NCBI GenBank assembly: GCA_038087875.1
Contig: CM075988.1
Coordinates: forward strand, 8,682,001 to 8,746,000
Source: Malacoraja senta
Lineage: Eukaryota
Direction of reading: 5' to 3'
DNA length: 64,000 bases
Part shown: positions 1-12,754 of the stretch, piece after piece
How the letters are laid out: each line of letters begins with the position of its first letter
Position numbering within the stretch: the first letter of the stretch is position 1
Notes under the pieces: model-generated
Told to the model about the DNA's origin: nothing
What the model saw: only the letters and a program-made list of their open reading frames with translations
Database searches by the model: none
Made by a program: the position numbers and the translations under genes

Positions 1-76
1 ACACTCTGTAAAAATCTCTCGTCCCCACATTGGCTTCATCAACAACCTCACAACCCGCAAAACCGGAGTGCAAGCA

Positions 77-372
77 GGGCGGTACGGAGGCGCAGTGGTA
101 GAATTGCTGCCTTACAGTGAATGCAGCGCCGGAGACCCGGGTTCGATCCGTACGGAGTTTGTACGTTCTTCTCGTGACCTGCATGGGTTTTCTCTGAGAT
201 CTTCAGTTTCCTACTCCAAAGACATACAGGTATGTAGGTTAATTGGCTTGGTAAATTTAAAAATTGTCCCTAGTGGGTATAGGATAGTGTTAATGTGTGG
301 GGATCGCTGGTCTGCACGGACCCGGTGGGCCGAAAGGGCCTGTTTCCGCGCTGTATCTCTAAACTAACCTAA
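77..372 (+). mobile_element. tRNA-derived V-SINE (HE1-like)
   Basis: Box A/B-like head (ggcgcagtggtag...gggttcgatcc), V-domain (ggagtttgtacgttct...gggtttt), CR1-like tail ending taaactaa. Confidence 0.8.
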
Positions 373-382
373 ATTCCTAGGC

Positions 383-585
383 ACCTGGAGGAATCTCACA
401 CGGACACCTGGATGGCGTAGGTTGTCACTGGTACTGACTTCGGTAAATTCCATTGTCGTAGTCGGCGGCAGTCGCCTAAAAAATCGCCTAAGTGGCACAG
501 GCCCATTAGTCCAGTCGCCGTTTTTTCGGCGACCTGCTACAACTATGACAGTCGCCTAAAAAATCGCCTAGTGGGACAGGCCCTT
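383..585. mobile_element. Harbinger-type MITE right ends (two, nested or duplicated)
   Basis: aaaaaatcgccta(a)gtgg(c/g)acaggccc occurs twice, the second followed by TTA. Same terminus as the element at 63063-63607. Confidence 0.6.
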
Positions 586-662
586 TACCCTCACCTTACA
601 TTAACAAATGCGTGAAGTATTATTTTTATTTATAGACAAAAAGACACAAAGTGCTGGAGTAA

Positions 663-970
663 AACCCCTGTCTCACGGTGCGAGCTGTCCCACGAGGTAC
701 CCCGAGTTTAAACAAATTTAACTCGTGGTAATCACGTACGATTAACGTAGCGGGAACGTCGGAACTCGTGGACGCAACTTAGCGACTCTTGGCGCTAACA
801 GCAGGTACCCGTGACACTTGTTAACTCTTGGAAAAATTCAAACATGTTTAAACTTTTACACGAGTAAAATGTACTCTTGAGGTTAAAATTTGAAACATTT
901 CAACACGTTGTAAGAACGCATTGGCCCGTGCGTTTACCTTAGTGACTCGTGAGTCTACCGTGGGAACTCT
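663..970. mobile_element. Harbinger-type MITE (left part) inserted in a Penelope terminal repeat
   Basis: Starts AACCCCTGTCTCACGGTGCGAG right after host gctggagTAA. Host sequence resumes as taactcagcggg. Confidence 0.6.
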
Positions 971-2939
971 TTAACTCAGCGGGCAGGCAGCATCTCTGGA
1001 TAGAAGGAATGGGTGACGGGATGACGTTTCCAAATTTCTGCTGTGTCTTTGTGTTACTCCAGCACCGTGTGTTCACTTTTTGTCAACCAGCATCTGCCCT
1101 TTCTCGTGTATGACATTATTTGTATCCGTGGCAGTTGATTGTCGCTCCCTTCAGTATCCCAGAGGGTCGGGACGGGACTGGAGTTGGGAGGGAAAGGTGT
1201 GGGGGGGGGGGGAGGAGGGGGGGGTTGGGGTGACTTAATACGGGAGACAAGTGTACTGACTGCGTGGGCAGACACTTTGGTAGTGATTGCCCATGGGGTT
1301 CACTGTCAAGGACTTCATAATGCAGGAAGCATTATAAACAGTGGAGCGATTAACCCTGGAAAGGGGGGAGACTTCTCTCTGAGTTGGACCCATTTGCAGG
1401 AATTTTCTTGAGGTTATTAACGACAGATAAATGGATGGGAAGGGTTTAGAGGGCTATGGGCCACATGCAGGCAAATAGGACTACCCCAAGACGCCAAATT
1501 GGACGGCATGGCCTATCTGGGCCGAAGGACCTGTTTCCGTGTTGTACAGCACCATGACTAAAGCCTATCCAGTGGGATTGACATGTTTTGTATTTTTCCT
1601 TTCTAAAGATGCAGTGTATTTTGGTGACTATTGCACACTGCAGACCAGAAGCGCTTTCAATACCCAGAGAGAAGGGATGGGCGGGTTAGGTGAGCAGGAG
1701 AGTGGGGTTGTTTGCAGTTGCAGATGGAGGGGGCAAGGGCGGTACAGTTCCCAGTCTCAGCTCCTGTTCTACCGAGTGTGTGGACGTGGACGGGTGGCTT
1801 GGTTGGTGTGGCCCATGGTGTGGCAGAGCCTGCGTGCCCGCTGACTCCCATCCCCCCCACCTGGGAGAGAGCCCCCGAGCATCTGCCCCAGGGCGACGGG
1901 CACTGACCTGCTGGAATCGCCGACGTGAAGACAGTGCAAAGCCCCCGCGCCCGGTGCAATGGGCAGGGAGCTGGAGAGGGGAGGGAAGGGGTCACACGCA
2001 TGGCCGGGAAGCAGAGGGGTGGGGGTGGGGGTGGCGACAGACAGGGCCAACAATGAGATGGAGAAAGACAGAAACACCGACGTGTAAAGGAGACCTACAT
2101 TAGAGCATGATCTCTCTCGCGTTATGGCGGGTGATTGTCGCCTGCCCGCTGTTTCTGACGCTAAAGCCTTGGGATCGTTGCCCTTCATGTTGGCGTGGAG
2201 GGGGGGGGGGGGGGTATTGTGCTGTTTGATCGCCCCCTGCTATCCCAGGGACAGGGAGACACAGCGGCTTTTGAGACTGGTGGGCAATCACTACCAACGT
2301 GTCTGCCCACACAGTCAGTACACCTCTCCTACACTTGTCTCCCGCACTAAGATCATCCCGCAGAGAATGATCCCAACCTAACCCAAGAGCCTTGTCACCC
2401 CAGACAGATTAATGACGCCCGCGCATCCCCCCCCCCCCCCCCCAACCTCCCTCTACCTCAACTCACGCCCGGGCACCAAAGCAGGAGGTGAACCTTGAGC
2501 TCCGTCTCCCAACAATCTGATGTGCAACTGATGTGAAAGAACAGCGGCTGCGGCCCGCCGTGTGAGAATAAACAAAAACAAGGAATAAAACCAAAGCCCG
2601 GCTTGAAAAGCATCTAAAAATATATTATGCTTAGAACGAGCAGGCGCGGAGACATCCGTCCACATTCAAAGATGTCATCTCCCGTCTCCCCGCAGTGTGT
2701 TTAAATTCAATTAAAATATAGCAAACCTCCGCTCGCTGGTCTTCTAACTACGAGATGTGTGTTTCAAACAAATCATAAGTATATCTGCTCTGGCACTGGA
2801 CGGTGCACATTTTCCCTTTGTAGGTCACATCAATAGATGCGGCCGCGCTGAATTCTATCTTTAACTCAAAGCCACAGGATGGAGATGTCTTCTTTAACAC
2901 TGTTGCTTATCAAAACAGACCTTCATTCATGGTTGGCTC

Positions 2940-3138
2940 AAGAGTAACTCGGGAGAGGAACTTGGTAACTCGGGAGAGGAACTTGGAACATCGCAGAAAT
3001 GACCAGTAAACGGCAAACGTAGTCATACCCGTGGGAACTCGGTTAAACTCTTGATCATACACTTGGAATCTAGTACACAACCACGAGTCTTTCAATCGAG
3101 GTACCTCGTGGGTCAACTCGCACCGTCAGACAGGGCTT
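2940..3138. mobile_element. Harbinger-type MITE (right part), same family as 663-970
   Basis: Ends CTCGCACCGTCAGACAGGGCTT, the reverse complement of the 663 terminus. Followed by TAA and a Penelope repeat. Confidence 0.6.
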
Positions 3139-3653
3139 TAATTCAGCAGGCCAGGCAGCATCTCTGGCAAACGTGGATAGGTGACCTTTCAGGTCGAGAT
3201 CCTTTAAACTGCCTGAAGGGTCTCGACCCGAAACGTCACCTATCCATGCACTCCAGAGATATTGCCTGACCTGCTGAATTACTCCAGCACTTTGCGTCCT
3301 TTTGTGTAAACCAGCATCCGCAGTTCTTTGTTTCTACATTTTTATTTCTAGTATTCATTTGCAGAGATCACACGGCAAAAGCAGAAGACCATGATGGAAC
3401 ATGTTTATTAAAGTATGTTTATTCAAATTATTCTGCCGAATGAACATCTAAAGAATGCTGTTCTTGACTTTGAATAACTTGTAGTTGATTTCACTCAAAT
3501 ATTTGAGCAGAATACAAAATAGAATTGAGAGACAACTGGAGCTCATTTGGACAGTGAGGGTAAAACTCAGCACCAATACTGCCACCCAGTGTGCTATGAG
3601 AGTAACACAGGCATAGCAGAAGCGAATGCGAGAGTAAACCTGTACAATTACCA

Positions 3654-3855
3654 CAAAATGCTGGAGTAACTCAGCGGGACAGGCAGCATCTCTGGAGAGA
3701 AGGAATGGGTGATGTTTCGGGTCGAGACCCTGCTTCAGACCCGAAACGTCATCCATTTCTTCTCTCTAAAGATGCTGCCTGTTCTGCTGAGTTACTCCAG
3801 CATTTTATGTCTATCTTCGGTTTAAACCAGCATCTGCAGTTCCTTCCTACCCATT
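3654..3855. mobile_element. Penelope-derived inverted terminal-repeat mini-element
   Basis: Inverted halves of the gatgctgcc...ctgagttactccagca repeat, flanked by a 15-bp TSD cctgtacaattacca (3639-3653 / 3856-3870). Confidence 0.75.
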
Positions 3856-4689
3856 CCTGTACAATTACCAAGCAGACACAAGGAACTGCAAATGCTGGAG
3901 TCTTGACCTGACCCGCTGAACTACTCCAGCACTCTGTCTTTTCTGTCCAATTGTCAACATGTTATCAAGTCCTTTGAATTGTTATTTTTTTAAAGATACA
4001 AAGTGCTGGAGTAACTCAGCAGGTCAGGCAGCATCACTGGGTGAACATGGATAGGTGACATTTCGGGTCAGGACCTTTCTTCATCCATGTTCTCTTCAGA
4101 GATGCTGCCTAACCTGATGAGTTACTCCAACAGTTTGTGTCTTTTTTTTTGTAAACCCATACCTGCAGTTCACTGTTTCTACACTCAGAATTATTTACAT
4201 TGTTTCACTAATAAATTCATAAAATAGTTTTATATCTGCATTACCAAAGTCTCGTCAAGTAACTTTGAGACTATTGAAATTCTCCATCTTCCACCCAATA
4301 TGGAGGTCAGTAAGTGGTATTCAGCTGAGATGAATGACCTTCAGTCACAGGACTGACTCCAAACCCTATAAAAGAGTCATAGCAACAAGTCTAGGACCGA
4401 AGACCTATTGCATTCTTCCCTCAGCTGATCAATCAGTGCACGTCCATGTTGAACAACACCTGGAAGAAACACTGAAAGGAGAAAGGACACAGAGTGAATG
4501 GGAAACTTCAGTGTCCATCACCAAGATAATCGATTTGTGAAAGGCACAGCCAGAGATTGGGTCTACAGCAGTTGGCGAGTGAACGAACACAAGCAATAAA
4601 CCTTCCTGATCTTATTGCAGAAACTTATGTTCATTACAGCTTCAAAGGGAACAAACACCGTACCATCCTGAGATGACCCTGGGGATGTC

Positions 4690-4830
4690 ACAAGGAATAG
4701 GAGTAGAATTAGGCCATTCGACCCATCAAGTCTACTCCGCTATTCAATCATGGCTGATCTATCTCTCCCTCCTAACCCCATTTTCCCGCCTTCTCCTCCT
4801 TAAAAATATCCACTGACTTGGCTCCACAGC
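4690..4830 (-). mobile_element. CR1 LINE 3' end fragment
   Basis: Reverse complement of the typical CR1 3' UTR (gatcagccatgattgaat...ttgatgggtcgaatggcctaattctactcctat). A + strand copy lies at 6230-6345. Confidence 0.6.
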
Positions 4831-5019
4831 CTTCTGATGTCATACATTGGTCCTAACATTGCACTCTCTGGGATAGATTGTGGAAAGATTTGGCAACTTA
4901 AATCTAGGCATCATAAGCTACAATTTGCCCTCAGCAGAAGAATCATATTTAACCACAATCTGTAATCTCAAGGGCCAACATCTCTAAACACTCATTAGTT
5001 ATTGGGGAAGTTTAGACTG

Positions 5020-5205
5020 TCTTTATTGGAACTTATCTTGCACTAAGCGTTATTCCCTTCACCCTGTATCTGTATACTGTGGACGGCTCGATTGCAATCA
5101 TGTATAGTCTTTTCGCTGACTGGATAGCACGCAACAAAAATATGTTTCACTGTACCTCGGTACATGTGACAATAAACTAAACTAAAATTAAACTAAACTG
5201 AACTA
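5020..5205 (+). mobile_element. Rex1/Babar-type LINE 3' UTR fragment
   Basis: tttcactgtacctcggtacatgtgacaataaa followed by a (ctaaa)n tail; resembles the 3' end of the LINE at 7737-9309. Confidence 0.55.
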
Positions 5206-5254
5206 GTGCAAAGGCAAGGGAACAACCCGATTCATAGAGGAATTTAGAAAGGTA

Positions 5255-6214
5255 CTAGACTCGGTGGGACCCGTTGGGTCCCAGCATCACACGGGAGGGC
5301 TGGTCCCCCAACGCAATATTCCACCTCTCCACCAATGCCAATATTGGTGGGAAGTGGGGAGATTTTCTGGAGCGCTAGTATGGGTGTTGTGGGCCAAAGG
5401 GACAGGTTTCCAGAGGGCTAGTATGGACATTATGGATTCTTGGGCTGGCGGCTCGGTCACTCAAGCTTGTTGTGCTGGCAGCTCACTCACTCACGGCTGG
5501 TGGGCTGGCAGTTGACTCACGGCTATTCCTTGAAATTCCATTTCAAGCAGGGTGCAAGGCCACCAAATTCAAGTGCAGTTTCTTACCACTTCAAGCAGGG
5601 TGCAAGGCCACTAAAGACAGCGAGTCGTGACTTTTAATTATATAGAAGGCAAGGCAACTTTAATTAGGCAAGGCAACTTTAATTAGGCAAGGCAACTTTA
5701 ATTGGGCAACACAGCTTTAGCATTTCCAAACCAAAGGCAACACAGCTTTAGCATTTCCAAACCAAAGGCAACACAGCTTTAGCATTTCCAATCGAAAGGC
5801 AACGCAGCTTTAGCATTTCCAAACTATATTTTCAAATCACATTAAGGGCACTGACAGGTCAGTAAAACCACACAGTTTAGTAGAAATGTGTTCAGTGTTA
5901 TTCACAGCTCAGACTGAGAGACGTGACCCTCTCGCTCCCCCATCTTGCAGAGACTGACTGAGGCACTCAACACTTCCGGGTTTTATAGTCCCTCCAGAAG
6001 GGCCGTGGCCTTCAGGAGAGAGAATCTCAACATTTTTAAAACACTAATAATTCTTTTATGTTTCATCGATGGGAAAAATCCTCTTGTCCTGCGCAGCGGA
6101 GGGGGGTTCTGAGTAAGATGGCCAAAAATCACAGCAGTAAGTGGCAGCGTTTCTTCTAAAATCAATATACAGAACAACAGGAAGTGGTCAAGATCAGACT
6201 TTAAGTAATATAGA
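5255..6214 (-). mobile_element. Non-autonomous Helitron (960 bp)
   Basis: The minus strand starts TC (6214) and ends CTAG (5255), inserted between A and T with no TSD. Subterminal 8-bp hairpin TGGGACCC-gtt-GGGTCCCA at 5265-5283. Confidence 0.8.
5647..5823. repeat. Tandem minisatellites inside the Helitron
   Basis: (aggcaaggcaactttaatt)x3 followed by about 4 copies of the 31-bp unit aaaggcaacacagctttagcatttccaaacc. Confidence 0.9.
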
Positions 6215-6712
6215 TACCAGAAGAGGATGTTATGGGGAGAAGGCATGAGAATGGGGTTAGGTGGGAGAGATAGATCAGCCATGATTGAATGGTGCATAGA
6301 CTTGATGGGCCGAATAACCTAATTCTACTCCTATCACTTATGATCTTACGACGAAGCACCAAGCATACTTGAAAATTAAGCTTCTACCAAGTGAAACCAG
6401 GGAGTAGGACTGTATGCCAACTGTATGCATGTTACACAGTGATGGAGCATGCAATAAACAGAACTACGTATTCCTACAACCAATGGACCAGATCAAACCT
6501 CTGCAATCTTGTCACACTAGATCATGAATTAAATGGACATTTCAACCGCTGATGAAAGTAAGAGGCTCCATGCAGAAAGCATCCTCAATGTTGCCCAGCA
6601 TTTTCCTTCTTTTATTTTCTCTCTACATCTGATATCACTAGCAAGGCTAGGATATGTTGTCTATCCCTAATTGCCGCTGAACTGATGAGCCAGTTAAAAG
6701 TCAACCACTTCA

Positions 6713-7260
6713 GTGAAACTTACTAATCATGCCACCTACAGTTACAGACAAATCGTTAATATAAACAGGAGCAAAAATGGACCCAGTACTGAGCATTGTG
6801 CTGCACCACTTGTTACAGGCTGCTTGTATTATAAAACAACTCTCTACCACCACCGTCTGCCTCCTACCTTCAAGCCAAATTGGTATACAATTAGCTGGGT
6901 CATCCTGGATCCCATGAGACATAACCTTCTAGCCAAATCTACTATGAGGTACCTTGTCAAAGGCCTTGCTAAAGTATTGATTACCTCTTCAAAAAACTCA
7001 ATCAAATTGGTGAGATACAATTTCCCCACTCACAATGATTATCCCTTATCATTCCTTGCCTTTCCAAATGCATGTAGACCCTCAGAATCCCCTCCAAACT
7101 GATGTAAGGCTCACGGAGCGGTCTGTAGTCCACAGGGTTTTCCTTGCAGCCTTTCTTAAATAGATGCACGACATTGGCCATCATTCAGTCTTCGGACACC
7201 TCACCTGTGGCTATCAATGATGGAAATATTCCTGCCAGGGGTTTCACAATTTCATCCCCT
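6713..7260 (-). mobile_element. CR1 LINE reverse-transcriptase fragment (degraded)
   Basis: Minus-strand peptides ANVVHLFKKG.KENP.DYRP, LTNLIEFFEEV, WLEGRRQTVVV and VYINDL are typical CR1 ORF2 motifs, with frameshifts. Confidence 0.8.
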
Positions 7261-7339
7261 GCTTCTGCCGAGGGACTGCCGAGAGGGAGACCAAAGGAGT
7301 ACCCGGCATGGGGCAACCGCCAACCACGAAGGGGGACCA

Positions 7340-7635
7340 CTAGTGGAATACAGCACGGAAACAGGCCCCACGGCCCACTGTCCATACCGACCAGCGATCC
7401 TCGCACATTAACACCACCCCAACACACACTAGGGACAATTTACAAATATACCAAGCCAATTAGCCTACAAACCTGTACGTCTTTGGAGTGTGCGAGGAAA
7501 GGGAAGATCTCGGAGAAACCCCATGCGGTCACAGGGAGAACATACAAACTCCGTACAGACTGCACCCGTAGTCGGGATCGAACCTGGGTCTTTGGAGCTG
7601 CAAGCGCTGTGAGGCAGCAACTGTGCCACCGTGTT
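7340..7635 (-). mobile_element. V-SINE (HE1-like)
   Basis: Reverse complement of the SINE at 77-372. Confidence 0.75.
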
Positions 7636-7736
7636 GTCTCATGTTAAAAATGGTTTGTGTTAAAATGTCGGCGCCCTTTATAGGGCAACAAAGGATATCA
7701 CTGTGACATGTCACATCAAAGGATATCACTGTGACA

Positions 7737-9309
7737 TGCCGATGGCATCTCGGGGCGAGTACTTAAGTCTTGTGCTATGCAGCTAGCTCCGGTGCTCACT
7801 ACAATATTCAACCTCTCCCTGGACAAGTCCGTGGTCCCTGCCTGCTTCAAAAAATCCATCATTGCACCGGTACCTAAAAATGCCTCCCCAGCCTGTCTGA
7901 ATGACTACCGTCCGGTGGCCCTCACCTCGGTAGTCATGAAATGCTTTGAGAGGCTGGTGAAGAAACACATCTGCGACTTCCTCCCTCGCAACATGGACCC
8001 GTTACAATTCGCATACCGTCCGAACAGATCCACGGACGATGCGGTCTCCCAGGTTTTGCACACCGCTCTCTCTCATCTTGACAGCCAGAAGGGGGGCTAC
8101 GTGAAGATGCTGTTCATTGACTTCTGTTCAGCCTTCAACACGATAGTCCCCACCAGATTGGCCGAGAAGCTACTGGAATTAGGGCTCAACACCCCGCTGT
8201 GTGCCTGGGTCCTGGACTTTCTCATCACCAGGCCCCAGGTAGTCAAGATGGGGGGGAATATATCGAAGTCCCTCACCATGAACACAGGATCCCCCCAGGG
8301 TTGCATCGTCAACCCCCCTACTGTACTCCCTGTACACACATGACTGTGTGGCTAGGTTCAGCTCCAACTCGATCATCAAGTTTGCTGATGACACTGTGGT
8401 GATGGGCCTGATCTCAGACAACGATGAGAAGGCCTACCGGGAGGAGGTGGCTGATCTGGCACTCTGGTGTCATGACAACAGCCTCCTCTTGAACATCAAA
8501 AAAACGAAGGAGCTGATCGTGGACTTTAGGAGGGCACATCATCCGAGGACGTACACACCATTGAGGATAAATGGGGATACTGTGGATAGGGTGAGCTGTT
8601 TTAAATACCTGGGAGTCCACATCTCTGAGGATATGACACGGACATCACACGCTGCAGCACTCGTGAGTAAGGCAAGGCAGCGCCTTTACCACCTCAGGCA
8701 ATTGAGGAAATTCAGAGTGTCTCCGAGGGTCCTCCAGTGCTTCTACTCAGCGGCTGTGGAAAGCATCTTGTCCGGTAAATATTGCAATCTGGTTTGGGAA
8801 TTGCTCTGCCCAGGACAAGAAGGCTCTGCAGAGATTAGTGCGTTCGGCCGAACGCACTATGGGAACTTCACTCGCCCCTCTGCAGGAACTACACATCAGG
8901 AGGTGCAACTCCAGATCCAATAAGATCATGGGAGACCCCTTCCACCCCTGCAACGGACTGTTCCAGCTGCTACGGTCAGGCAAACGCCTCCGCTGCCATA
9001 CTGTGAGAACGGAGAGGTTGAGAAGGAGTTTCTTCCCAGAGGCCATTAGGACTGTAAACTCCTATCTCACCAGGGACTAACTTTACTGAACCACTCTACT
9101 GTTTTTTTTTTTAAATTGCTGGGTTTTTTTTCCCTTTTTCCTTCCGCCCACAATATTTAATATGTAAAAGAATATGTGATTCTGTTCCATTCTGTTTGTA
9201 GTTTGTTTGGTTGTTTTTTGTTTTGTTTTTGAACAAAGACCACAAGCATTGCCACTTTTCATTTCACTGCACATCTCGTATGTGTATGTGACGAATAAAC
9301 TTGACTTGA
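7737..9309 (+). mobile_element. 5'-truncated Rex1/Babar LINE (RT domain to 3' tail)
   Basis: [54 protein letters not shown] and RRSFFPEAIR across three ORFs joined by two frameshifts (~8315, ~8778). Ends aataaa(cttga)n. Confidence 0.9.
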
Positions 9310-9494
9310 TGTGACAATAAAGTATCATTCGCTCATTCATTCAAAATGTCCTAAGATTGATCAGACCCTGAAGATTTATTTAATTTTATGTTTTTTAAGA
9401 CCTTCTGTGCCTCTTCTTTGTAAAGAGATTCATGTGTACCTCCAACCACCTCATCAACAGCATTCTGCTCTCATGTGGCCTCATCTCAATTGGC

Positions 9495-9725
9495 AAAACC
9501 AAATGCAGACAAGGTGACCAGTTTGCAGAGCACTGCACTCTACCTTAATGGCCACCCCGAGCTCCCTTTTGCAAGTCATTTCAACGCCATTTCCCATTTC
9601 CATGTTGAACTGCCATCCTCGACCTTCTCATTGCCAAAGCAAGGCCCAATGCAAACTAAAAGAGCAGCATCTCATATTCCACCTGTGCAATCTACAACCA
9701 ACATTGTATTTGTAATTTCAGGTAA
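9495..9725 (+). mobile_element. Degenerate Penelope GIY-YIG end fragment
   Basis: Similar to 27640-27876 (gtcatttcaac...gagcagcatctcatattc...aatttcaggtaa). Confidence 0.5.
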
Positions 9726-10139
9726 GCCCAACTTCCTGGGTTTCTCTTTCTCTCACCTTCTGATCTACCTTGAGTCCTTCCATTTTTATCCCTCAATCCA
9801 TAACCCCCATCACCCATTTTTATTCCCCTCTCAATCCTGGTTCCATTCATTCACCACCACACAATTCTCCCAATGGGACACTCTCCCTTCTCCTCCACTG
9901 ATTCACCCATTATCACTTGCCTTACTCATCTGATTCCAACATTGAGAGCCTTGTGTCCATGCTCATCACTCTCCGGTGTTGGTATCCATCTTCACATACC
10001 CCTTCCCCAACCTATCCACATTTCTTTTCCTTGCTTGCTTCTACCTATTACTCACCTGCCTCGGTTTCCCAACAATCACCTACCCCATACCTCACACCCC
10101 ATACCCCATCCATTAGGTTGCTTGTTAGTTAGAAAGACC

Positions 10140-10690
10140 TAGATAGATGTGGAGAGGATGTTTACAGTAGACAAAGATTCTAGGACCAGAGGCCACAGTC
10201 TCTGAATTTAAAAAATGTACTTTTAGAATGGAAATGAGGAGATTTATTTTTATCCAGAGAGTAGTGAATCTGTGGAATTCATTGCCACAGATGGCTGTGG
10301 AGGACAAGTCATTGAGTATTTTAAAAACAAAGATTGATAGGTTCTTGATTAGTAAGGGCAGCTCCCAGGCTCTGGAATTCCCTCCCACAACTGGTCCGAA
10401 ATTCTGAGTCCCTCACCATCTTCCAGTCCCGCCTCAAGACCCATCTCTTCACCTCTGCATACCCTTAGTCCCATGTTCCCCTCCCCTTTGCATCTCTGTC
10501 TTACTGCTCTATTTTGTTTTGTTTATTCTTGACTCTCAATGTAAAGCGACTTTGAGTCCTGAAAAGCGCTATATAAATAAAATCTATTATTATTATTATT
10601 ATTATTATCAAAGGTTATGAGAAGGTAGGAGAATGGGGTTGAGAGGGAAAAATAGATCAGCTATGATGTAATTGCAGAGCAGACTCAATA
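10140..10690 (+). mobile_element. CR1 3' end interrupted by an L2-like 3' fragment (~10360-10607) with (TAT)n tail
   Basis: CR1 text gatagatgtggagaggatg...gttcttgattagtaagg resumes as tcaaaggttatg after the (tat)n run. The insert has ctctggaattccctccc...ctcaagacccatctcttc...gtaaagcgactttgag...aataaa. Confidence 0.65.
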
Positions 10691-12754
10691 GCACACCAAC
10701 ATTAAATAGTTCAATATTAAACAATCCAAATTGTTAACAGCTCCTACATCCTCCCCACTGCCCACACACACAGATGCTGCTCGACCCACTGAGTTGTCTT
10801 GCAGTTTGTTTTATGATCCTGATTCCACCATCTGCAGTCTCCTAATTTGCTCCATATTCTCTTGGGGGCCACAAAGGAAACCCCCACAATAAACAAGGTT
10901 AACAGGCAAACTCCATACAGACGACAGCACCATAGATCACTATTGAACTTGAAGCTTTGGATGTGAAAGGCAACAACATTATTTACTGCACCCCATTGTG
11001 CTGCACAATAAATGGTTTACTCACTGCTCATCGTCTCCTCAATTTAGGCTAAAACAGCAAGGAGGGAGGCCACCAACAAGGGAGGATGTCCTCTTGAAGT
11101 CAGTCCATTATCGAGCAGGAGCAGACTAATAACATAAACTGCCCTTGAGAGCTGCCAATGGTCCTCCAGGAATAAGAAAATATTGTACATGAACAGAGAG
11201 GTGTTGCATCTCTGTGGGCTGTTTCTCTACATGATCAATGAGATGCTGCACATGAGAAGATTGGTCTCCGGCAGCAGATATATAATGCACATGAAATTAT
11301 CCCACCCACACATCATTAAGGAAGTCTTGGACGTAAACTGCTGGAGTAAATCAGCTTATCAGGCAGCATCTATAGAGAACATGAATAGGTGACATTTGAA
11401 GATTGAAGATGGCTCCCGACCTGAAATGTCACCTGTCCATGTTCTCCAGAGATACTGTCTGACCCACTGAGTTACTCCAGCACCTTGTGTCCTTTTGTGT
11501 AAACAAGCATCTGCATTTCCTTGTTTTGACATTCAGCAAGTCTTATAAAATTTCACAGAAATCTGACTGCAAGGATTAGAGTGAAAACAGCAGGAGAAAT
11601 GACCTCTGATTGGGGTCAGTCGGCAGCTCAGCTCCTGGTCTGGACATTAAATCAATGGCAGTGTATTCCTTAGTGCTGACTTCCATCTGTAGCTGCTCAG
11701 TCAGAATAGTTGCCCATGTTCCACAATTAGACATTCTAGACAGCTCCTTCACCTTGTCCGGGCAGGCTATCCACCCAAAACCCTCTGTGGATCATTCAGA
11801 CCACCTGTGCAACATCAAAGTGAAGGGGAATATTCTTTCAACAGCCAGGCAGTAGCCACACATTGTGACACAGCACCAGAACATCAAAAATTACATCTAC
11901 GGATGTGAAATAGGGAAGACATTAGGTTATGTAACTATTCATATAAATGTTTCAGTTTCACACACACACACACACACTATTTATTTTCTGAAGGGTCCCG
12001 ACCCGAAACGTTACCCATCCTTTTTCTATAGAGATGCTGCCTGATCTACTGAGTTACTCCAGCATTTTATGTCTATATTTGGTATAAACTAGAATCTGCA
12101 GTACGCAAACACACTATTTAATGTTGGTACGCTACATTAAATTCTTAAGACAGCAGCAACATTCAAATGGACAACCTGAAATGCCGATCACTCCTTGGTG
12201 ATGACCCATGCAGGTTGTTGACCCATGACTTTGCCTTCACAGCTGCTGCTCGACTCGCGGAATGCCAGAATCTTTGGTACAGAATCCGCATTTTCTTATG
12301 TCTACATTCAAACACATTCCCACTTAGAGCAAATAAACAGTGAGGATTTCCCAACACCAAAATGATAGACTGAGACCGACTCCCCCCCACCCCCTCCCCT
12401 CCCCAAGCCCTTTCAAGTCACTTTAATTTCATGATTCATGTAATTTGTGTTTTTATGGCTGTTGACGGATCAATTTCCCTGCTGGGATAAATAAAGTTCT
12501 CTTGTATCGTATACCATCATATCTAGTGAATGCTCACAAGGAGGCACCCCTTGAATAACGCATGCAATAGAATCTCAGCTTCATTAAATCAAGAGTGCAT
12601 TCTGCGAAGAGACTGATACTGTAGTGACTCTTATTACGTTGGTGCTCAGTTAGTGAATTTTGACTGGTGTGAGGAATCACAGCAGCAGAGGGTAGCTCTT
12701 TAACCCCGGGATATATCTCTCTGGATGGTAAAAAATGTTTGGCAATGGAAGCAC

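Noticed and set aside
77..150. tRNA-like A/B boxes
   Set aside because: These are the heads of V-SINEs, not complete tRNA genes.
4690..6345. Inverted ~110-bp repeats flanking the Helitron, resembling long terminal inverted repeats
   Set aside because: Both are ordinary CR1 3' UTR fragments found elsewhere in the window (e.g. ~31960, ~58710), and no TSD is present.
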